Origin: Pseudomonas sp. ABY48
Lineage (GTDB): Bacteria; Pseudomonadota; Gammaproteobacteria; Pseudomonadales; Pseudomonadaceae
Assembly: GCF_048627035.1 (NCBI RefSeq)
Contig: NZ_CP184478.1
DNA length: 40,000 nucleotides
Direction: 5' to 3' (one strand)
This document shows, one piece after another, positions 17,975 to 26,271 of the stretch. Below the pieces are notes generated by a model. It was not told the DNA's origin and did no database searches. It was given only the letters and a program-made list of their open reading frames with translations. Each line of letters opens with the position of its first letter. The first letter of the stretch is position 1. A program made the position numbers and the translations under genes.

Positions 17975-20121
17975 TCGGCTTCCATATCGAGGATTCTGCA
18001 AGGTTACATGATGCTATAGTCTCGGCTTCTGGATATGGGAATCTAGTTGATGAGGTTCAAAGTCTGTGTTATCTGGTGGCTCAGTCATTAACGGATCTAG
18101 ATTTTCCTGGAGCTCTTGTTCCAACTTTAACTGTGGATGGCAGTCTGCAAGTCTATGCCGTAACTCGGACAATCACAGAATGGCGAAGGTTAAATCCAAT
18201 CCTCATTGCTTTCAGTGGTCCGACGATCACTTCCTACACTGGTGTGCCAGGAGCGCTTCCGATTGGAGGGGTGATTGAGGATGTTATACGTTCAATCGCC
18301 CCCTCAAATATCGGTATTCTTCGCTTGCCCGCAGATAGTAAAAAACGAGTAGCCGCTCTGCGTGCACTGCAGCGAGCCCGCGAGACTCTTGCGCGCGCAC
18401 CTAGTGCGCAACGCAAGGCTCCGCTACCGACTAGTTGGCTGCTCGCTAGCTTCCAAGACCATTTGAACGTGGGTCGACGTGCTGCTGCTTGGGACACTCT
18501 CAATCGCCTTAGGGATGAACTACGGGTCGATGCGCTTAACCTCAAGTTCCTTGAGGTGCAATTGCTCGCAGCGTTTGAGGATTGGAGCGCGATTCTCAAT
18601 ATGGCGGGGTTTGCGAGTCTCTGTATTGCAAGACGTCCACCTGCTGTTACGACTTTGCTTTTGGAGGCGCTTTATCGTGTCTATATTCAGGAGCACTTTC
18701 TCAGCGGTGACGTCGAAGAAACGCGTAGGTGTTATGCGGAACTGTGCCGAATACACGCTAAATCGATGCTAGTGGTGCCGTACCCCGCCATGTTGACACC
18801 CGGAGGATGGCGAATTTATGCGTTGGAGGCATTGTTATCTTCCGAAAATCATGAGTTGGTCAACGTTGTAATCGAGCAGTCCTTAGTGCTCGGTTGGATC
18901 TCCGAATACCTACCTGGCTCTTCTACAGCAAAAGCCACCGAGGTGTCGCGTGTTTTACAGACGCAACTCAACCACGCCCGCAAAGCACTCACAGAGGTCG
19001 ACTGTGTCAACAGTCTCGATGCTGTTGCAACTGCAATCGCGAGCATTAATCGATTGAGTAGCGCCGAGTTGGCTCAATTGAGTTCTGCTGAACCGTTTCG
19101 AACATTGTTACGCACTGTTTCGGATGTCGGCGGGCTAGGTGGACTGCCTAGTAGTTGGCTGGAGTGGCTAAGAAAGGTTTCGGACCCCGATTTCACTAAT
19201 GCGCTCGAAATTGCACGTCAGGGGAAAGACGAGTGGGTTCTTGATGAAAGTATCGCCGACCCGGTTGCAGTACAGCGTTTTGTTTCGGCTCTGGAGGCAG
19301 TACAGCACGATCAGATAGCAGCTGAGCGAACCGCGAACGCTCTTCCATTCATCGTCGCCTGGCTTCAGCGTGACGCAGTTTTCCCTCGTAGCGAGATGGG
19401 GCCCGTCTACTCCATCCTTCTTACATTATTCGCGATGGGGGCGAGTCGTGGGCGTGGTATCTACGAGTCTAGTCATATTCTCATTCATGGGTTACTAGCA
19501 ATCGGCGTCACAGAGAGCGTTTATCGAGGGTTAATCGCTGATACCGAGGAATTAGCGGGTTCGGGGTTCGGCGTCGAAATGGTCTATTGGTTACTCGAAG
19601 TTATTGAGGACTTTATACGATTCGGTGCCCCAGATGCTAATGCACGGGAAATTTTCCTTCACTGCGTCTTGTCGAAGATTGCTCCAATTTACTCGCGTCT
19701 AAGCAGCCTCCAATGCGCAGCGATCGTACGTCTGGCCGAACAACTAGGATGGCGCCTCGATGATATTGGGGTAAGTAAAGGTAGCGTTGCGCCAGATGAC
19801 TTTTCATCAAAAATGGATGGTCTGCGTATTGGCATCTACACGCTGAACGAGTCATCTAGCCGTCAAGCTAAAGCGGCGTTAGAAGTTGTCTCTCCCAATG
19901 TAATAGTTGACTGCAACGCTGATCATGGTGGTACGGATAAATTACGTTCTCTTGCAAAAAATGCAGATCTTTTTGTGATGACTTCACTCTCCGCAAAGCA
20001 TGCTGCTACAGACTGTATTCGTGAGCATCGAGTTAATCGTCCGCTTCTTTATGCTCAAGGGGCGGGGGTTTCAAGCATACTTCGTGTGATTGAGGATTAC
20101 TTAAAATTGGGTAGCGCTTGA
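17971..20121 (+). CDS. 716-aa helical-repeat protein ending the operon; possible DpdD
   Basis: The start is placed at ATG 17971 (MIGFHIED), which forms an ATGA overlap with the dpdK stop. The N-terminal two-thirds are largely Leu/Ala-rich. The C-terminal ~100 aa (LRIGIYTLNE...ADLFVMTSLSAKHAATDCIREH...) resembles a DUF2325-type domain from memory. DpdD is the only canonical Dpd component not otherwise accounted for. Confidence 0.4.
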   Translation: MIGFHIEDSARLHDAIVSASGYGNLVDEVQSLCYLVAQSLTDLDFPGALVPTLTVDGSLQVYAVTRTITEWRRLNPILIAFSGPTITSYTGVPGALPIGGVIEDVIRSIAPSNIGILRLPADSKKRVAALRALQRARETLARAPSAQRKAPLPTSWLLASFQDHLNVGRRAAAWDTLNRLRDELRVDALNLKFLEVQLLAAFEDWSAILNMAGFASLCIARRPPAVTTLLLEALYRVYIQEHFLSGDVEETRRCYAELCRIHAKSMLVVPYPAMLTPGGWRIYALEALLSSENHELVNVVIEQSLVLGWISEYLPGSSTAKATEVSRVLQTQLNHARKALTEVDCVNSLDAVATAIASINRLSSAELAQLSSAEPFRTLLRTVSDVGGLGGLPSSWLEWLRKVSDPDFTNALEIARQGKDEWVLDESIADPVAVQRFVSALEAVQHDQIAAERTANALPFIVAWLQRDAVFPRSEMGPVYSILLTLFAMGASRGRGIYESSHILIHGLLAIGVTESVYRGLIADTEELAGSGFGVEMVYWLLEVIEDFIRFGAPDANAREIFLHCVLSKIAPIYSRLSSLQCAAIVRLAEQLGWRLDDIGVSKGSVAPDDFSSKMDGLRIGIYTLNESSSRQAKAALEVVSPNVIVDCNADHGGTDKLRSLAKNADLFVMTSLSAKHAATDCIREHRVNRPLLYAQGAGVSSILRVIEDYLKLGSA

Positions 20122-20260
20122 GCGCGTTGCATATGCTTTTGAGCAATCCCTTTCTCGAAGGATAGGTAGGCTTTAAATGTATTTAATTATTTGGCGAACC
20201 CCCGATAGGTGTCCAAGACGTTTTTTGGGGTTTGGCGATGAAGTATCATTGATGGTTTCG

Positions 20261-20896
20261 TTACGGGATCATTAGTATTTTATGTTGCTGTAGTCCTAAT
20301 TTCCATTTGGGGTGAGATTTACAGTACTCTATCGTCAATTCTATGTTTTTTTGAATGTTTGGACCATCCATGGGTTGTAAATAGTGGTGCTCAAAAAGGA
20401 GTTGCTCAAATTTTTCTGGAGGTGCTTCAGTCTGTGGGTATACAAGCTTAAGTTCATTGCCGTGAGTGATTTTTAGTTGAGCGCCTGATTTTGGACTGAC
20501 ACAAATCCAGTCGATTCCAAAAGGCGGTTCGATCGTACCATTGGTCTCTACGGCAATGGAAAAGTTTAGGTTATGCAGGGCGAGTACCAACGCGTTGTCG
20601 ACTTGAAGTAAAGGTTCTCCGCCGGTCAATACCACATACTTATGATTCTGGTGGGATATTGGCCAAAACGAATCAATAGCATGAGCGAGAGCTTCAGCAT
20701 TTTTAAATTTATCCCCACCATCCCCATCTGTTCCGACGAAGTCCGTGTCACAGAATGTACAGATCGCGCTAGCCCTGTCCTGTTCTCGTCCCGACCAGAG
20801 GTTACATCCTGAAAATCGGCAGAATACCGCAGGTCGACCCGCTTGGTTGCCTTCCCCTTGAAGGGTGTAAAACATTTCTTTGATGCTGTAAGTCAT
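20261..20896 (-). CDS. queE: 7-carboxy-7-deazaguanine synthase QueE (radical SAM)
   Basis: 211 aa. It has TLQGEGNQAGRPAVFCRFSGCNLWSG and a cluster motif C-x14-C-x2-C (CNLWSGREQDRASAICTFC), as in E. coli-type QueE. Confidence 0.9.
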   Translation of the reverse strand: MTYSIKEMFYTLQGEGNQAGRPAVFCRFSGCNLWSGREQDRASAICTFCDTDFVGTDGDGGDKFKNAEALAHAIDSFWPISHQNHKYVVLTGGEPLLQVDNALVLALHNLNFSIAVETNGTIEPPFGIDWICVSPKSGAQLKITHGNELKLVYPQTEAPPEKFEQLLFEHHYLQPMDGPNIQKNIELTIEYCKSHPKWKLGLQQHKILMIP

Positions 20897-20959
20897 TTTG
20901 TTTACTCGTCTGATTCAAATAGGTGGCGAGTGCACTGATCCGCCACCGCTGAACCATCA

Positions 20960-21661
20960 TCAATCTCGTTCTTGAATGTACTGCTCATATCCAGTTTTGC
21001 GCAGTTCACAAGCTGGGCACGTTCCACACCCGTAGCCCCATTCATGTTTCTGCTGTCGGGTTCCGAGGTAGCAGGTGTGGGACTCTTCTTGGATCAGGCT
21101 GACAAAGTCTCGATTACCTAGATCTTCCGCCAAACGCCAGGTCTGCGCTTTGTTAAGCCACATCAAGGGCGTTTCAATGATCACCGGAGCGTCCATCCCG
21201 AGGCTCAAGGCCACCTGGGTGGCTTTGAGGGTGTTGTCCCGGCAGTCTGGGTAGCCTGAGTAGTCTGTTTCGCACATTCCCCCGACCAGCACTGTGAGGT
21301 CCCGTCGGTAGGCAATAGTGGCTGCGAACGTCAAGAACAGCAGATTTCTCCCGGGTACAAACGTATTGGGAAGTCCATTCTTTTCAAACTCTATAGTTTT
21401 CTCAGCGGTCATCGCCGTATCGCTGATCTGGCCGAGTAACTTGAGGTCAAGCACGTGGTCCTCACCGAGTCGCTTGGTCCAGTTCGGAAATCTGTTACGT
21501 ACCTCCTGCAAGATATTCAGCCGACATTCGAGCTCGATTCGATGCCTCTGGCCATAATCAAAGCCAATGGTCTCGACGTGCTCGTAACGTTCCAGCGCCC
21601 AGGCAAGGCAGGTGGTTGAATCTTGTCCGCCTGAAAAAAGAACTAAGGCTTTGGTGTGCAT
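20960..21661 (-). CDS. queC: 7-cyano-7-deazaguanine (preQ0) synthase QueC
   Basis: 233 aa. It has the PP-loop [11 protein letters not shown] and a C-terminal zinc-Cys cluster, CYLG...[22 protein letters not shown] lies upstream of the ATG. Confidence 0.92.
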   Translation of the reverse strand: MHTKALVLFSGGQDSTTCLAWALERYEHVETIGFDYGQRHRIELECRLNILQEVRNRFPNWTKRLGEDHVLDLKLLGQISDTAMTAEKTIEFEKNGLPNTFVPGRNLLFLTFAATIAYRRDLTVLVGGMCETDYSGYPDCRDNTLKATQVALSLGMDAPVIIETPLMWLNKAQTWRLAEDLGNRDFVSLIQEESHTCYLGTRQQKHEWGYGCGTCPACELRKTGYEQYIQERD

Positions 21662-21688
21662 ATTGCTCTCCTCGGGACTGGGTCTGAT

Positions 21689-22744
21689 TTAGCGCCGTTT
21701 CAGTTCTTGCTTGAGTTTTTCGGTCAGATACTTAGTGAGCAATCCGATATCAGTGGGCGTGTTCTGGATACCATTCCAGGGGCGGCGGTCGGTTTCAGAA
21801 ATGTGCCAATCACCACTTGTCCATGCTGTATGAGGTTTCAAAAGTTTTAGACCTTTGATAAAGCCTTCCTTGCTGGTTGTGCCTTGATCGGAGTAAAGCA
21901 ACTCCATAACGAAGCTCAAAGACACCAGGCCCGCCCCGTGTTTCAAACGTGAATTCCTGGGTGCTAGTCCTTCCCATTCCGATTTGAAAACTACACGCAC
22001 TGCATGGAAGAAGTTATTGATAAGTTCGATGCTGCGCCCCTCAAAGTCATCAAATTTCATGAAGCTACGAATTGCGCCATCATTCGCAGAGTTCATCACG
22101 AACTTCTGCATCGCCATGTCGCTTAGTACTCCTCTAGGATTCGTATGTTGTTTGATCTCGCCAAATAGAGAGGAGTTAGGCAGAAAATTCAACAAATCAA
22201 TAATACGAGCAGCAAATTTACGACTTGTGAACCGTTCTGGCAGGCCGTCAACAGTCGGTAAAAGTTCATAGATTAGCGATTTTGGCAGCGGCCTCGTATT
22301 GTTGACGAGCACAAACTGCTGTCGCAGTTCGTTGTAGTCTTTACAAATCAATGCAGATACAAATACCTGGAATCCAGGCTTTTCCATCGTCGCAAGGGCG
22401 CTGAGTCGTTGTTGGCCATCGACCACAAAGCCTGGTTTTGATTCGGTAGCATCAATAATGATTTCTACAATACCCTCACCAAGGTCTTTGATCGTGACTT
22501 CATCGAGAAAAGCCAGGATAATTGCGTTGGGGAGCAATGCATCGTCGCGCTGAAGATAGTCGCGAATATCTCTGATGTGCGACGCGACTTGATGGCGTTG
22601 AAAGCCTTTGAGGTGGCCTTCTTCATCGCGGCCGACTCTCTCAATTTCAGAGAAATCTAAAATTTCATTTGGAGTGGCCGCAAACGAAAATACATCATGC
22701 CCGGAGGCCTGTTGGGCGCGCACACCCTTAAATCGATAGATCAT
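21689..22744 (-). CDS. DGQHR/DndB/ParB-like family protein, paralogue of DpdB (351 aa)
   Basis: Motifs: KGFQR..V..HIRDIRDYL, PNAIILAF, FVVDGQQRLSAL, QFVLVNNTRPLPKSLIYELLP, SRLKHGAG, AWTSGDW...WNGIQNTPTDI. It is colinear over its full length with the 24036..25157 and 26272..27327 products. Its ATGA start overlaps the dpdA stop. Confidence 0.8.
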   Translation of the reverse strand: MIYRFKGVRAQQASGHDVFSFAATPNEILDFSEIERVGRDEEGHLKGFQRHQVASHIRDIRDYLQRDDALLPNAIILAFLDEVTIKDLGEGIVEIIIDATESKPGFVVDGQQRLSALATMEKPGFQVFVSALICKDYNELRQQFVLVNNTRPLPKSLIYELLPTVDGLPERFTSRKFAARIIDLLNFLPNSSLFGEIKQHTNPRGVLSDMAMQKFVMNSANDGAIRSFMKFDDFEGRSIELINNFFHAVRVVFKSEWEGLAPRNSRLKHGAGLVSLSFVMELLYSDQGTTSKEGFIKGLKLLKPHTAWTSGDWHISETDRRPWNGIQNTPTDIGLLTKYLTEKLKQELKRR

Positions 22745-24039
22745 TGTTTCGAAAGTTCCAGAGTTTTCTGAAGGTGGCGGTGGTACACGCCTAAGTTATG
22801 AAATCCACGTCTTTTGTTTCGATTGCTGGCTCGAAAGATAATAGTTTCGATACCCGCTGACTGACAAATCGAACATTGGCATTTTTGCCACGGTTTATCT
22901 CTCAGCGTGGGTGAGATTAGTCGGACATGCTTGGCGATTTCTTTTTCCATTTCTATTGGTGACAATATCGTGCCGGATAGAGTCAGTCGGAGATAGTCTA
23001 CTAGTACGGCTAAGGTAGAATCAAAGTCGAGAAGATTTTTATCGTAGTCGCGGATCGCTAGCAGCGCCGCTTTTTCTTTGATTTGTAACTCTTCCGCGCT
23101 CAGAGTGCCTTTTTTAATTCCTTGCATCAGGCGTGGATTTTCAATTGCCTGAGGAATACGGATGGCAGTGTAATAATCCAGTTTGGTTGTATTGTTGTCC
23201 ATGTAATAATTACACTTCGCATCTTTAAATGCGCGTATAAGGGGGGAGGTTGAGTCAAAACTGGTAATGCCATATCCAGTGAATTCATGGATGTTCTCAG
23301 CTTTGGCGAAACCCAGCAGATGAATATTTGTCTCGGGCTTAAGGATGGCTCGAAGTTCTTTTAGAACCTCATGAATTTGATCGACTTTCAAAGGTACTAG
23401 ACCTCCGATCGCCAAGTAGCGATAACCCATGTCTTCGAGTTGTTTTGCAGCGTTCGCCATGCTTTGGGGAGACCAACCCTGTACCGCTCCAAGAGGTTCG
23501 AAAGGCCATTCCGCCTCCTTCACTAAACGCAGAAACTCTTGCGCATTTTTGAGCGTAATTTCGTACCGAAACAGCACATCTTCCGACTGGCTCAGCGCTG
23601 GAGGATTGCTGGAGTCGCAGTTGAATATGATGTGGTCCGGCGAGCAACCGTGGGTGAATCCCGCATCTGAGTAGAACTCTACTACTTCGCCGGGGCTATA
23701 CGCAGGGGTAGGGTGCTCTACATAGGCGAAAGCCCCGCAGTCACCTAGGACCATCGTATCTTTGAACTGAATGCCATCGAGTCGTAGAAATTTGCGCGCG
23801 CCTTCTCTGAGGAAGCGCTGCTGCTCGGAAGTCGAGTACCGAACCTTTGAATTAGCGACGCCATTTGCAGGTCGCACTGCGCTCATCGAGACCAAGAGCC
23901 CATCATAAGGGACGGGGGTCATCATTTCGTGCGCATACTGGTCATCCCAGTATCTCTTCCGGCCCGGCGCATTTCGATCGTTGATGAAATCGTAGTCCGG
24001 GTCTACGTAGTCTTGGGTGTCGGCGTATAAAAATTTCAT
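22741..24039 (-). CDS. dpdA: tRNA-guanine-transglycosylase-like DNA transglycosylase DpdA
   Basis: 432 aa. It has a TGT-like substrate/Asp motif VLGDCGAFAY and a TGT-type zinc site, CQCSIC...FHNL (CxCxxC...H). It is flanked by DGQHR genes and by queC/queE. Confidence 0.8.
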   Translation of the reverse strand: MKFLYADTQDYVDPDYDFINDRNAPGRKRYWDDQYAHEMMTPVPYDGLLVSMSAVRPANGVANSKVRYSTSEQQRFLREGARKFLRLDGIQFKDTMVLGDCGAFAYVEHPTPAYSPGEVVEFYSDAGFTHGCSPDHIIFNCDSSNPPALSQSEDVLFRYEITLKNAQEFLRLVKEAEWPFEPLGAVQGWSPQSMANAAKQLEDMGYRYLAIGGLVPLKVDQIHEVLKELRAILKPETNIHLLGFAKAENIHEFTGYGITSFDSTSPLIRAFKDAKCNYYMDNNTTKLDYYTAIRIPQAIENPRLMQGIKKGTLSAEELQIKEKAALLAIRDYDKNLLDFDSTLAVLVDYLRLTLSGTILSPIEMEKEIAKHVRLISPTLRDKPWQKCQCSICQSAGIETIIFRASNRNKRRGFHNLGVYHRHLQKTLELSKQ

Positions 24040-25157
24040 TGGTGAGCGCTGGTCATATAGAGGCGGATCAAGGTTTCTTGCAGCGCCTTGATATCTTGAG
24101 GGGTGCTTTGGATTTCATTCCACTGGACATTAATCATCGGCCATTGACCTGTTGTCCATGCGCAGTAAGGGGCTACTCTGGCCAGTTCTTGTAGCACGGC
24201 TTCGTAGGTTTCGCGCTGACCACCGATTTTGGCGTAGATCCGATCCATAAGCACTCCCATGGCGATGATCCCCGCTGAGTGCATGAGTCGACTGCTCTTG
24301 GATTCAAGTGCCCACGCCTCTGGAAACGTATCACGCACTGCCCGCCAGAAGGTCGTCAGCAGGTTGTACATGGACTCAACGTTCGCCGCTCCGTCGGTGC
24401 TGGAGGTGTAGGGGGCCAACGCCCCCAACGGATTACTGATGCTATTGCGGATCATCGTTATTACAGCGGTGTCAGTGATCACTGCTTTGCTATTTTGCTC
24501 GGACGACCGCTTTATGAGTTTGTGGAAAGGGGAGTTGGGATCGCGGCTAAGAAGCCCGCACAACTCAGCTGGTGCTTTGCGAGCACTCAGTTCGCGGGGC
24601 AAAAGGATGCTGCCTGTCTCCGGCAGTAGTTCGTTGATCAGTCGAGTGGGCAAGGGTTTGGCCTTGTTGACCAAAATAAATTGCTCGCGCTGGGTGGTCA
24701 GGCTGTCGGATACAAAACCGATCACTGGCACAGGAAGATCCGAATTGGCCGCTTTCGCCAACGCCAATGAGCGCTGTTGCCCGTCCACGATCCAGGCAGA
24801 CCTCATTCCTTCCTCCCTGATAGGTATCGTCAGCGTACCCGCTTGCGAAAGCCCCGCGTCGCCTGTCGGCTTGCTTCCGCGTGCTGCAACAAAACGCAGG
24901 TCAGGAGACAGCGCTAAGATAATTGCATTGGGAAAAAGTACATTTCCCTGATTGAGGTACTCAGTGATCCCTTTGACATGACTCTTAATCTCGGGGCGCT
25001 GAAAACCCTTGAGGGGACTGCTGTCTTCCCGCGACAGGCGGCTGATGTCGGCAATTCGGACCAGGTCAGATCCCCTGATGAATAATGCATACACATCAAG
25101 GTTGTCGCCTTGCGTGGTGCGTAGTGCACGCACCACAATCGCATCTTCGCTCGTCAT
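24036..25157 (-). CDS. dpdB: DGQHR domain (ParB-like) protein DpdB
   Basis: The start is placed at ATG 25157 (MTSEDAIVV), which forms an ATGA overlap with the upstream gene. The ORF-track start 25226 would overlap that gene by 73 nt. Motifs: KGFQRPEIKSHV, PNAIILAL, IVDGQQRSLAL, QFILVNKAKPLP. Its stop forms an ATGA overlap with the dpdA start. Confidence 0.75.
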   Translation of the reverse strand: MTSEDAIVVRALRTTQGDNLDVYALFIRGSDLVRIADISRLSREDSSPLKGFQRPEIKSHVKGITEYLNQGNVLFPNAIILALSPDLRFVAARGSKPTGDAGLSQAGTLTIPIREEGMRSAWIVDGQQRSLALAKAANSDLPVPVIGFVSDSLTTQREQFILVNKAKPLPTRLINELLPETGSILLPRELSARKAPAELCGLLSRDPNSPFHKLIKRSSEQNSKAVITDTAVITMIRNSISNPLGALAPYTSSTDGAANVESMYNLLTTFWRAVRDTFPEAWALESKSSRLMHSAGIIAMGVLMDRIYAKIGGQRETYEAVLQELARVAPYCAWTTGQWPMINVQWNEIQSTPQDIKALQETLIRLYMTSAHQ

Positions 25158-26125
25158 GCTTTGCTCTCTATGCTGTCTTGACCTTTGATGTCCTGCCAGA
25201 TCCTCCGAAAGCGCGATTGCTCGCACGACACCAGGGCGTCGTCCCTTAAGTAGCGTAACAATCGGGTGGAACTGCCTTGGTAGTCAGCCCACACACACTC
25301 AAGCATGTAGGCAATTTCACTGTCCGATGCGCGCCGCCGGATGGTCGTTTTTGCTAGGGATAAAAGATCCATCGCCGCGCTGACGCTCTTTCGAGCGATC
25401 TCAACAGGAGCACTCGACAGTTCAAGAATCTCAATGAAATGACGCAGGGCTCTCTGAGGGAAATCGTTGCGAGTGCCTGGTAGTGTTGAGGTTTCAAGGC
25501 GTTCGTCATAGGGCATCGCTATGCGTCGTAAATGGCTGGGAAGCATCTCGATGCCTGGGCGCGAAGTGAATATTCTGATCTTGTCGATCTGCGTGCCCCT
25601 GATTTTTCCAAGGTCTTCGCCTATCAACTGGACATAGTTTGAAGAGAGGGCAATGAGCACCAAGTCGATGTCGGGTTGGCTGACGAGGTCCGCTAGGGCG
25701 CTTCCCTTTGATTGGGTGACATTCACGGCTTCCCACCAATCTGATGCGCGCGCACCCAATTTTTCGAGACGTGGGATGATAGAATTCGGATCCTGAGCCA
25801 CCGTCAGGTTGTACGGCGGACATCTCCGATCGCCTTCAATCAACCCTAAGCCGGTCGACGCAAACATTAGCTTCGCGTCCAACTTCGTTGCTACGCGCCT
25901 CGCGTCAGAAACACTTCTGCCCACGTAAAGTGAAGATGCCATCAGAGTGGTGGGACGTTCGTCTATTTGCCCCTTCCACGCCTTTGCCATGGCTGCAATC
26001 GATGAATAACACTCGTCGTTCAGCACCACCGGCGGCAGGCCGTCGAGACGTTTTCGATTGGTGCAGTTGGTGATTATCACGGTTCTCATGGGAAAACTGT
26101 AGGCCTGTTTTGACGAGTGTTGCAT
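25154..26125 (-). CDS. dpdC: Protein in the DpdC position (proposed preQ0-DNA to 7-amido-7-deazaguanine-DNA converting enzyme)
   Basis: 323-aa ORF and first gene of the minus-strand operon, translationally coupled to dpdB. I cannot verify any catalytic motif by eye. The alternative start ATG 26089 (MRTVIITNCTNRKR) is equally possible, and neither start has a clear SD. Confidence 0.5.
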   Translation of the reverse strand: MQHSSKQAYSFPMRTVIITNCTNRKRLDGLPPVVLNDECYSSIAAMAKAWKGQIDERPTTLMASSLYVGRSVSDARRVATKLDAKLMFASTGLGLIEGDRRCPPYNLTVAQDPNSIIPRLEKLGARASDWWEAVNVTQSKGSALADLVSQPDIDLVLIALSSNYVQLIGEDLGKIRGTQIDKIRIFTSRPGIEMLPSHLRRIAMPYDERLETSTLPGTRNDFPQRALRHFIEILELSSAPVEIARKSVSAAMDLLSLAKTTIRRRASDSEIAYMLECVWADYQGSSTRLLRYLRDDALVSCEQSRFRRIWQDIKGQDSIESKA

Positions 26126-26201
26126 TTATCTGAGGCTGATAATTTACCATTTAATAACTGTGTGGGCCAATGCGCGTAGGCTGGTTTTTATGCGATAGGG
26201 T

Positions 26202-26210
26202 TGGTATAAG
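26202..26210 (+). promoter_or_regulatory. Candidate extended -10 (tggtataag) in the dpdC / DGQHR-paralogue divergent intergenic region
   Basis: It matches TGnTATAAT at 8 of 9 positions, about 60 nt upstream of the proposed TTG start at 26272. This would place ATG 26170 upstream of the promoter. Confidence 0.25.
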
Positions 26211-26271
26211 AGCCTCAATACTGCTGCTACCCCTCTTTCTTGGGGGGGCGTTCGATGAAGGAAGAGACTCA

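Noticed and set aside
20197-20232. Possible bidirectional terminator between the convergent 716-aa gene and queE (aacccc ... ggggtt)
   Set aside because: It has only a 6-bp stem with a ~24-nt loop and no flanking T/A tract on either strand. That is too weak to call.
20897-20959. Hairpin ggtggcg-N12-cgccacc in the queC-queE spacer, considered as a preQ1 riboswitch or attenuator
   Set aside because: The preQ1 riboswitch consensus is not recognisable by eye. There is no T-tract, and the spacer is only 63 nt. It was left unannotated.
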